Of a stretch of DNA of 64,000 bases, positions 37,401 through 49,400 are shown piece after piece (within the stretch, counting starts at the first letter, position 1; each line of letters starts with the position of its first letter). The translations under genes were made by a program, and so were the position numbers. The notes below the pieces were generated by a model. That model saw only the letters and a program-made list of their open reading frames with translations. It was not told the origin of the DNA and did no database searches. Source of the stretch: Mobula hypostoma (lineage: Eukaryota). The DNA lies in NCBI RefSeq assembly GCF_963921235.1, contig NC_086097.1:50904001-50968000 (forward strand). The letters run 5' to 3'.

Positions 37401-40400
37401 TGACGTTGGAGGGGCCTAATTTGGAGCATTCTGCTCAGTTTTGGTCACTTACCTGCAGGAAAGACATCAATAAGATTGAAAGAGTGCAGAGAAAATTTAC
37501 AGGGATGTTGCTGGGACTTGAGGACCTGAGCTACAGGGAATGGTTGAATAGGTTATAGGACTTTATTCCCCAGAGCGTGGGAAAATGAGGTCAGGGGAAC
37601 ATGAGTAATGAAGGGTACAAATAGGGTAAATGCAAGCAGGCTTTTTGGAGTCTCTGCTTCTGTCAAATTAAAATCCCCATGGCCTATGGGGAGCCTCCTA
37701 CGTAGTTTAGAACAAAACAAATGTAGTGCACTTTCTTATTTAACTCTAATTTGCATGCAACATTTCAGATTTATAGGTTGCTTCGTTACTAAGCTATGCA
37801 CAGGACCTAGAGACATTCTATTTTACTTCACATCTTTAGATCACTTCAAGAATGCAGAGTAAAGAGTTTCAGCAAGTTATCAGTGCAAGATACCCAAGAG
37901 TGATAATGACTTAATATTTCTGCAATTCAAATGTTCAAAATGATGCTGTGAACCCAATAACAAATGGTTTGCACAATAGATTCACAAAATATATTCATAA
38001 ATTTGGGAAAGACTACTTCATCACTAACGTCCTTTACAGGTTTGCATAAAAGTATAAAAAGCATTTTGGTCACAGCAATCACATGTTCTCTTACAATTTC
38101 ATAAATCAACAGTGTCTTGAAAAAGTATTCAGCTCTCACAACTGTTTTCACATTTTACTGTCTCATTTTCTAAATTTAAAATACATTAAAGTAGGATTTT
38201 TTTTAGCTAATCTACTAAACATGTCAAATCAAAAGAAAATTTCCAAAATCTGTCAAGAATTTAACAAAAATTAAAAACCAAACATGTGAGGGTGAAAAAG
38301 TATTCATCCCTTTTGTCATTACTATGCCAATTTTCCTCAGATGCAGTATATTACCTTACCAACTCACCCAATTTGTTGATGAAGAAAATTGAAAGATCAT
38401 TTACTTTCAAAGAATTCATAAGAATAAATACCCCCTCACTTGGCAAGGTCCAACAACGTGGTAGATTTTCAACAGACCAAACCAAAATGAAGACAAAAGA
38501 GCATTCAAGACAAGTCATGGAAATTATAATAGAGAAGCACAAATTTGGGGAAGTGTACAAGACCATCTCAAAGGCACTGAACATACCTCTGAGCTCAGTG
38601 AAGTCCATTGTAAACAAAGCTGAAACCACAAAAAAAATGAAACCAGTCACACTGTCTAGGTCAGGCTACCCCTCTAAACTTAGTTGTTGGAGTAGAATGG
38701 CACTTGTAAGGCAGGCTACTGTGATGCCAACAGTCACTCTGACTGAGCTGCAGAAATCAGTAGCTGCAATTGGATATGAAGTTCATGGCTACACAATCTC
38801 TTAGGCCTTGCACAAGAAGGACATTTTTGGGTGGCAAGGAAGAAGCCCTGGTCAAAAAAATAAAAGCATACCTTGCCAGGAAAGACTTTCCAAAGCATCA
38901 CTTAGATGCTGTAAAGATGCAGAAGGTCTTGGGGTAGGATGAGATAAAGCACAGTTTTTATGCTTTAGTTTTCCCTGTTTTTTTGAGCTCCACTGAGGAA
39001 AAAAATGAGCACGTGATTCACAAATAAAAATTCTTAATTAAATTGATCAAAATCACTGTTTGTAATACTCATTTATGTGAACAAAAGTTGGGGGCTGAAT
39101 ACTTTTACAAGGTACTGTAAATTCAGCAGTGCCATGTTAATCAATGGATATAAAATAGAATCATTTTCAGTGAAGGATATAGTCAAACAAGGCTATGTTA
39201 TTTCCCCAACACTTTTCTCAATGTTTCCTACTGCAATGTTGCATCTGAAATCACCATATTTTCTGTGGGAGTGGAATTAAACAGCTGAACTAATAAGAAG
39301 CTGTTCAACCTATTTCAACCACACTCAAAAGTACATTAGCAGGTATGTGTACAGTATACAAACCCTCAGATTTGTTCTCCTGCAGGCAGACACAAAAATA
39401 AATCAACGCCATGGAACCCATTTAAAGAAAAGGTCAAACATCCGACGCGTGATAAAAGAGCAAATCAAGCAAACAGCAAAAAGCAAGCAAATGACAAATA
39501 GAATCCTAAATATCAAACCGCAGAGTTCCTGAAACAGTCAAGGAGTAACTGCCACCAAGTCAGTTCAGTTTAGCGCTTTATTGATGACTCAGCCGCAGAG
39601 CCAGTTCTGCACTGAAGCGTCTCAATCAAATTGCACAAGTAGCAAAAAAAAGAGTAACAAGAAACATATGGAATGTGAAACGCTGCAGAATCCTCCAAAA
39701 ACAAGTCCACATCAACAGAGTACGTTCAGCGCTGAGGACACTTAACATCAAACTATTGAGTCCCAAAGGGAAAAAAAAAGTCCTACAGCCACAAGCTGGG
39801 GCAAGGTGAATGAACCTGTGACATCCTCTGGCAGCAGCAAGAGGGAAAACGATCAAATGTAGGCAGACAGTGCCGAACACCCGTTTGTCTTCTGCTCTTG
39901 TCCCTGTTGATTTCAATCTTGCTAAAACCTATAAATCGACAAGGAGTAATGGAGCAGACCATGGGTTGACATTCCACCATTAGGGAACGATGGACACACA
40001 CTCCACTCTCAACCTCGCCGACGTATGCCGTTGAGATGGCCATGGAACCATCTGAGCCATGAGGCCACACTGCAAAGGTGCCATTGATGTATCTGAAGCA
40101 GTATTTGGGGTGTAAGAGTGATTAACTCAGAGTCCGCTCCTCAAAGATCACCATGTAGAAATTAGCAACAGCCAGCGACAAGGGCGATCCTATGGCCACT
40201 CTGTCTGCTTGTTCATATTAGCTTCTCTTGTAGAAGATATATCCTCTGAACAGCAGACATCCAGACATTCAATTTACCATGGCGATGGAGAAGAATGGTT
40301 GCCTCCCGTTCCTGGACATTCTAATATGATGGAAACCTGGCAGTAGCCTCAGACGTGGTGTCTATCGGAAACCTACTTACACGGACTTGGACCTCAACAA

Positions 40401-43400
40401 TAACAGCCATCATCAGGCCTCCCAACAAAGAGCGGTTCTTTCTACTTTGATTAACTGTGCAAAAACTATTTCGGACCTGTAGAGTCTCCATGAGGAAATA
40501 AGACGATTACACACAATGTTCCTACAGAATGGCTACAAGGTGAAGGAAATCAATCTGACCCTTAAAGGGGCCAATGGAAAAAACCTGGAAAAAAACTCCT
40601 GCTACTGCTTGTCTCCCCAGTATTTCCGTGGTTTCTGGAAGGATCGTCAGGAACCTGAAGAAATACCAGATTAATACCACCCACTAACCCGTAAAAATGC
40701 TCCATTCACAGCTTACCATGTCAAAGATGACCTGGGCTTCAGGACCGCTGGCATTTTAGGATTCCGTGAATGTGGAGCAGCGTATATTGGCCAGACAGGA
40801 TGCACTGTGGAAATCCACATCAGGGGGGAGTGCAGGAGGTGTATCTGTTTGGGTTACTCGGAGAAATCGGCAGCAGCAGAACATTGCATTCGCTTTGACT
40901 TTGATGCCACAAAACTACTGTGCTGTGCCAATGGATTTTGGGACCGCCTGGTAAAGGAAGCCATTGAAATAAAACTAGAGGAAAAGAATTTTAACACGGA
41001 CAAAAGTCTCACTCTAAGTAAGAACTGCAATTCAATAGAAAACAAGGTGGGAGAGCGGAATCCTCATTGGATGACGACGAACCAATCAGGAGGATTAGAC
41101 AACGCTGGTATAACTACGACCAGAGTAGACATGTCCCAGCATCATCCCTAATGGGGATGGCAAAGTCTGTCATCAAAACATCAGTTAAAATCAATTTCTG
41201 TACCTGATTGGAAGCCCAAGAAGAGCACATTTGTCATATTCACCAGGAAAGCACTAGATCCCCCTTTGCAAATATCGTTCTCTTAAAGAACACTGCAAAC
41301 CAATATCAGTTTCCAATCCCAGGCCAATATCTCCAGTATTCAGGCTCCGGTACTCAGTCAAACATATTAGTCATGCTGATAACATGCCCAACACCAGGCT
41401 ATCAAAGCAGACATTCCACTCTGACCTCCATCGAGGGAGGACATCACCAGGCCTCCGGAAGAAATGAAACATACCACGGACTCCCAGGAATCACAGACCC
41501 ATGACTGTTCAAACTGAAGCAGCCTTTGGAATGGTATTGAGAACCTGGAAGCTACATATCAGGATTCCAGGAGGAGTGATCCACCTCAAACCATCCAGCC
41601 ATCATCTGCTCCATCTATGGAAGAGTCTATGGTTCCTACATTGGACTTCAAGCCTCACAAAACAATTCAGGAAGTAAGTGATCAATTCCAAGATACCAGG
41701 AAGAATATTTTCAGAGATAATGATTTCACTGTAATGTAGAATAATACTGACAGTGATTACCACTTTATTGTTGACCTCCTTTGAAAAAAAAAATCTCTTG
41801 CCATCAGGCACTGAATTATCTGGTTTTGTAGCAAAAATACTCCATAGACAGTAAATACTTACAGTTGATTTCCGATTGTGTCCTTTCTGCTCTTGTATTC
41901 TTGTTAGTGGATCGAATTGTATGAGGCACAGCAGAGAGAGGCTATAAAACAGCAGGAAAAAAAAGGGGAGACAAAAAAATCTGAACATTTTTAATAAATA
42001 AAATTACTTCAGAAATGAAACTAAGCTCATTGCCAGCAACAAATCTTTAGCCCACATAATGTCTCAACGGATAAAAACAAAATTCAATGTCTGAGACAAC
42101 TGAAAAGGTCCAAAAGTCTGCTGAACAGCTAAATTTTGTGTTGTATTAGTCTATCCACCTCAATATCTGCTGCAGGGCTTGAACTGAATTGTCCTGAATT
42201 CTTGATAGACTCATGGTGATTAAACTCTTTTAACAGTATGGGAAAAGGTGGCATATTTCATGCAGTAAATGGTAAATAAACAGATAAGTTGAAATTTCAA
42301 GTTTGGACATGACATGATCTAGTCTCATTTTGGATGTAGATAGTTATGGCACTCGAACAAAGCTTGATTTCATTCTCTGCTTTGTACTTTACTCATATCT
42401 TTGAATTTCTCTTCTATTGAAATTAATAGACATCTAGATTTTTATCTACATTTGATTTTTATACTTAACTGACATATAATCAGCGCACATGAATCTGAAG
42501 TGCTTGGGAGCTGATCAACCCAGGCATCCCACCTTGCAAAAACTCATTTCAGGGAGGCAGCACCATCAAATTCTGGGAGAGGTAGGATGTCTGTAATAGA
42601 GTAGCTCCTGAGCCAGCTAGTTTAAATAACGTTAGCTATGCTAAGGAACAAACGACACCTGTTAAACTCACCTCAACATGTTCTTTAAAGCCTTAATCCA
42701 CCATGGGCAATAGAAAAGTCACTGTTGCAAACAGTACAGCGAGCAATGCTGTCATTATTTTGACCCCTATTAGGCAGGGGTACACTTTAGGGTAGTCTGA
42801 GGTGACGTACATTTTATATTTTCTTTTTTTGGAACACTCTGCCATGGCGCGCTCTCTCTCTCTCTCGCTCGTGCGCTCTCTCGCTTGCTTTCTCTCGCTC
42901 TCGCTTGCTTGCTCTCGTTCTCTCTCTCTCTAGGTCACTCTCGCACTCTCTCTTGCTTTCTCTCTCTTGTTCATTCTCAAAAAAATGATTTCCGTGATAT
43001 TGTATATAATTTGCGGGCATCAGGGAGCCACTATTAATATGCGGGAGACTCCCGGAACTTCCGGGAGAGGTGGGATGTCTCTCAACCCAATTTACAAAAA
43101 GTGAAATATTACACAACTAATGTATCATACCTCAAGATCATCATCATCCGCCTCGTTGAAAAGATGGTGATTTTCAGGATTTTTGACTTTGTCCAATAAA
43201 TCTACTGCCAATGATCTGGATAAGGTTGATTGTGTTAAAAACGAATGCTGAAAAAAAAAAGACAATAAATAGAATTTTAAATTCTCAAAACTGTATATCA
43301 AACAAATATTGGAAGGTATATAAATATACATTTTATAATAAGGACTGAATTTTTTTATTATCTTAGTATGAAAAATGCTTTTTCTAAAATTTATAACAAT

Positions 43401-46400
43401 CTGAATACTGCAAAAAAACCCATAAAAAGTTTCCAATCTGCTTGCATAGAAAACAACTACACAATATATCATTAATCTATTTACCTATGCTACCTCAAAG
43501 TTATTTATATTCTGAAATACTTTGACAAAAATATAAAAGCCAAATTCAAGTTTTCAGATGCATATTTCTACTAAGCACTACTTAATTAAAATCAACAATA
43601 AAAGGTGTTTCCAGCCTTCAATCTCTTTTCCACTCTCCTTTTCTTATTACACTGTATGATATGGATCCCCTGAAAAGTTTGGGAAGGGGGAGCAAGGGTG
43701 AGACATTAGGACTTGACTGAAAAATTGTCAAGACCACACCTGGAGCAATATTGCCAAATGCTGTTCTGATCTTCACATTATAAGGAGGAAGTGATGCACT
43801 GAAGATTCACCAGAATAGTGTTGGAATTGCAGCATTTTTGGAGCGATTAGTCAGGCTGAGTTTATTTTCCCTAGAATGGAGGAGGCTAACAAGAAATATG
43901 CAGAAGTACAAGTGGGCAGATTGCATCATCCTGAATGCCTCCTAAATGCATCTTCTTTCTTTCTTTTCCAATATTTTTTATTAAATTTCATATACACAAA
44001 TACAGAATTCATAAGGATACTTATTATAAATCAAAATAAGGTAGCATAAAATACATTATATGTAAATCACAACGATACAATCACGGGTATCCAATATTCA
44101 TAATCAATCAAATAAAATAAATTAAATTATGAAATACAATATGGTTAATGATATTATAAACAAAATCTACACCCACTACCAAGACAAAGCTGGTTGGTAA
44201 AAAAAAACAAAAGAAAAAAAAAGTACTTTACATTATAGTATTTTATAATAGCCCAGATCTATATTTTAATAACAATAACAATTCAAAGATTTTCAAAATA
44301 GTTCAGAAAGGGTCCCCATAGCATTTGAAAATCTTGATTCGAATCAGAAATCGAACAACGAATCTTCTCTAAATTTAAACATGACATAACATCGCATAAC
44401 CATTGAGCATGTGCAGGGGGGCAAACTCCTTCCATTTAAGCAAGATCGCCCTCCTAGCCACAAGAAAAATAAAAGCCAGTACCCGCAAATGAGAAGGCTC
44501 CAAAATTATAGCTCTTTTCTCAACAATACCAAATAAGGCGGTCAAAGGATTGAGCTTAAAATTAACTTTAAAAAGTACAGAAAAAGTTTGGAATACATCT
44601 TTCCAATATGTTTCAAGGCTCGAACATGACCAAAACATATGAATTAATGAAACCTCTGATGACTCTGCCACAGTTGGATGCATCAGCAAGGGAGATGAGG
44701 TTGAGTACAGGGCTACGGTAGGAAACTTTGTCACATGGTGTGAGCAGAATTATCTGCAGCTTAATGTGAAAAAGACTAAGGAGCTGGTGGTAGACCTGAG
44801 GAGAGCTAAGGTACCGGTGACCCCTCTTTCCATCCAGGGGGTCAGTGTGGACATGGTAGAGGATTACAAATACCTGGGGATACGAATTGACAATAAACTG
44901 GACTGGTCAAAGAACACTGAGGCTGTCTACAAGAAGGGTCAGAGACATCTCTATTTCCTGAGGAGACTGAGGTCCTTTAACATCTGCCAGACGATGTTCT
45001 ACGAGTCTGTGGTGGCCAGTGCTATCATGTTTGCTGTTGTGTGCTGGGGCAGCAGGCTGAGGGTAGCAGACACCAACAGAATCAACTCATTCGTAAGGCC
45101 AGTGATGTTGTAGGGATGGAACTGGTGACTCTGACGGTGGTGTCTGAAAAGAAGATGCTGTCCAAGTTGCATGCCATCTTGGTCAATGTCTCCCATCCAC
45201 TACATAATGTACTGGTTGGGCACAGGAGTACATTCAGCCAGAGACTCATTCCACCAAGATGCAACACAGAGCGTCATAGGAAGTCATTCCTGCCTGTGGC
45301 CATCAAACTTTACGAGTCCTCCCTTGGAGGGTCAGACACCCTGAGCCAATAGGCTGGTCCTGCACTATTTCCTGGCATAATTTACATATTACTATTTAAC
45401 TATTTATGGTTTTATTACTATTTATTATTTATGGTGCAACTGTAATGAAAACCAATTTCCCCCTGGGATCAATAAAGTACGATTATGACTATTACATCTG
45501 TCACAATAAGGAGATATATCTGCAAAAAAATGAGAGAGCTTGTCTTTAGGCATATGAGCCCCATGTATCACTTTAAATTGTAGGAGGGAATGACAAGCAC
45601 ATAATGAAGAAGAATTAACCATTTTGAAAACAGCCCTCCAGGTCTCATCAGATAATGAAGTCTGTAAATCCTTTTCCCAATCTTTTTAAATTTTGTCTAA
45701 AGGAGCCATTCTCAGTCCCAACCAGAGATCATAAATATAAGATATTGAGCCATTATAGAAACATAGAAAATAGGTGCAGGAGTAGGCCATTCGGCCCTTC
45801 GAGCCTGCACCGCCATTTATTATGATCATGGCTGATCATCCAACTCAGAACCCAGCCTTCCCTCCATACCCCCTGACCCCTGTAGCCACAAGGGCCATAT
45901 CTAACTCCCTCTTAAACATAGCCAATGAACTGACCTCAACAGTTTGCTGTGGCAGAGAATTCCACAGATTCACCACTCTCTGTGTGAAGAAGTTTTTCCT
46001 AATCTCGGTCCTAAAAGGCTTCCCCAATATCTTCAAACTGTGACCCCTCGTTCTGGACCTCCCCAACATCGGGAACAATCTTCCCGCATCTAGCCTGTCC
46101 AATCCCTTTAGGATCTTATACGTTTCAATCAGATCCCCCCTCAATCTTCTAAATTCCAACGAGTACAAGCCCAGTTCATCCAGTCTTTCTTCATATGAAA
46201 GACCTGCCATCCCAGGAATCAATCTGGTGAACCTTCTTTGTACTCCCTCTATGGCAAAGATGTCTTTCCTCAGATTAGGGGACCAAAACTGCACACAATA
46301 CTCCAGGTGTGGTCTCACCAAGGCCTTGTACAACTGCAGTAGTACCTCCCTGCTCCTGTACTCGAATCCTCTCGCTATAAATGCCAGCATACCGTTCGCC

Positions 46401-49400
46401 TTTTTCACCGCCTGCTGTACCTGCATGCCCACTTTCAATGACTGGTGTATAATGACACCCAGGTCTCGTTGCACCTCCCCTTTTCCTAATCGGCCACCAT
46501 TCAGATAATAATCTGTTTTCCTATTTTTGCCACCAAAGTGGATAACTTCACATTTATCCACATTAAATTGCATCTGCCATGAGTTTGCCCACTCACCCAA
46601 CCTATCCAAGTCACCCTGCATCCTCTTAGCATCCTCCTCACTGCTAACACTGCCACCCAGCTTCGTGTCATCCGCAAACTTGGAGATGCTGCATTTAATT
46701 CCCTCATCCAAGTCATTAATATATATTGTAAACAACTGGGGTCCCAGCACTGAGCCTTGCGGTACCCCACTAGTTACCGCCTGCCATTCTGAAAAGGTCC
46801 CGTTTATTCCCACTCTTTGCTTCCTGTCTGCTAACCAATTCTCCACCCACACCAATACCTTACCCCCAATACCGTGTGCTTTAAGTTTGCACACTAATCT
46901 CCTGTGTGGGACCTTGTCAAAAGCCTTTTGAAAATCCAAATATACCACATCCACTGGTTCTCCCCTATCCACTCTACTAGTTACATCCTCAAAAAATTCT
47001 ATGAGATTCGTCAGACATGATTTTCCTTTCACAAATCCATGCTGACTTTGTCCGATCATTTCACCGCTTTCCAAATGTGCTGTTATCACATCCTTGATAA
47101 CTGACTCCAGCAGTTTCCCCACCACCGACGTTAGGCTAACTGGCCTATAATTCCCCGGTTTCTCTCTCCCTCCTTTTTTAAAAAGTGGGGTTACATTAGC
47201 CACCCTCCAATCCTCAGGAATTAGTCCAGAATCTAACGAGTTTTGAAAAATTATCACTAATGCATCCACTATTTCTTGGGCTACTTCCTTAAGCACTCTA
47301 GGATGCAGACCATCTGGCCCTGGGGATTTATCTGCCTTCAATCCCTTCAATTTACCTAACACCACTTCCCCACTAACATGTATTTCACTCAGTTCCTCCA
47401 TCTCACTGGAGGAACTGAGGTTATCAAAAGGTTTCAAATTAAAAATTACATCTATTATGTTCTTATCCGGGCTGGTAGGAAATATATGTAATTTAGATCT
47501 TAAAAAATCTCTAATCTGCAGATATCGAAAAAAGTGAGTATTTGAGAGGTTATACTTCACTGAGAGCTGCTCAAAAGAAGAAAGATTCCCTCCAACAAAC
47601 GGATTCTGAAATCATTTGATGCCTAATCTATCCCATTCTCTAAAAAACAGATTGGTTGTAGATGGTTTTAAAAAAAAAATTAGAAAAAAATAGGACTAGA
47701 AAGGAAAAATCTCAATAAACCGAAATGTTTTCTAAACTGTAGCCAGATCCTCAAAGTGTGTTTAACCACCAAACTTTCAGTTAATTTATTTAAAGATAAA
47801 GGAAGAGAGGATCCAAGAAGAGAAGTAATAGAAAATTTCGTAACAGAGTTGGCTTCCAAAAAGACCCACATTGGACAATTCTCACGATTTATATAATATA
47901 ACCAGAACGCAAGATTTCATATGTTAATTGCCCGATACTATAACCTAAATTGGGTAGAGCAAGGACTCCATTCTTTTTAATTTTTTGAAGGTGAGCTTGA
48001 TTTTCTGTTCTTCCATATATAGGAAGAAAGAATCGAATCTAAAGAATCAAAAAAAGACAGAAATAAAAACAGGTACGGCTTAACGGTACATAAATTTAGG
48101 TAAAATATTCATTTTAATAGAATTAATTCAACCAATGATAATGAGAGAGGCGACCAATTAGAAAGTGTCTTTTTCACATACGATGATCAGATCTGAAGGC
48201 TTCTTGATACAAAGGATTGACCAAACTACTGATTCGGAAAAGACAAAAGATGGAGATACAAGTTTCATGATAAACTCCCTGTGGTGGTCATTCTTCCGAA
48301 CTTGTGTTCCCCTGAACTTGAACACCTAACAATCAAATGCCATCCGCTCTACTTACCAAGGGAGTTCCTATCCGTGATCTTGTCTGCCGTTTAAATACCA
48401 GCAGCTGACTATAATCAAGTGCTTGAGATACTGCATGACGCTATCACAAAACAAGAAACAGTCCATCCTAGTGGACTATATCATAGTGGGGGATTTCTTC
48501 AAATGAGTTTGCTTAGCCCCCTACTCTATTTGCTTTACACTTATGACTACATGGCTAAGCACAGCTCCGATGGCATATTCAATCAAGTTTGCTGATGACA
48601 CCACTGCTGTAGGCCAAATCAAAGGTGGTGACAAATCAGTGGAGTGGTGCTACAACAACTACCTCTTACTCAATGCCAACAAGATGAAGGAGCTGATTTC
48701 TTGACTTCAGGAGGAGGAAACCAGAGGTCCATGAGGCAAGTCCTCAGAGTGTTCGGAAGTGGAGAGGGGCAGCAACTTTAAATTCCTCTGTATTATAATT
48801 TCAGAGGATCTGTCCTGGGCCCAGCATGCAATTTCTTATAAATTACAAAGAAAACACAGCAGCACCTCTACTTCCTCAGGAGCTTACGAAGATTTGGCAT
48901 GACAACTAAAACTTCGACAAACTTCTATAGATGTGTGGTGGAGAGTATATCGACTGACTGCATCACAGCCTGGTAAGAAATACCAATGCCCTTGAATGGA
49001 AAATCTGACAAAAAGTAGTGTAAAGCCCTCCCATCAGGGAGCATATCTACATGGAGTGTTGATGCAGAAAGCAGCATCCATCATCAAGGATGCCCACCAT
49101 CCAGGTCATGCCCTCTTCTCTCTGCTGCCATCAGGAAGCTGGTACAGGAGCCTCAGGACTCACACCACTAGGTTCAGGAATAATTAACACCACTCAACCA
49201 TCAGCATCTTGAACCAAAGGGGATAACTTCATTTAACTTCACCTGTCTGTCACTGAAATGTTCCCATAGCCTATGGATTCACTTTCAAGGATTCTTCATC
49301 TCACGTTCTGAATATTTATTGCTGGTTTGTTTGTTAATTAAGTATTTGTATTTTCTTTTTGCATTTGTAGTTTGCCATCTCTTGCACACTGGTTGTATGC

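Larger units (their letters stand above)
43950..48180 (-). mobile_element. L1/Tx1-clade LINE 3' portion hosting two nested LINEs
   Basis: A-rich tail on minus strand at about 43950-44250; [44 protein letters not shown] are L1-type ORF2 C-terminal motifs. Confidence 0.85.

Noticed and set aside
45845..47560. 571-aa ORF as a host gene or domesticated reverse transcriptase
   Set aside because: It is a 5'-truncated CR1 ORF2 lacking the endonuclease, has a LINE tail, is nested in L1, and starts at a non-ATG codon in L1 sequence.
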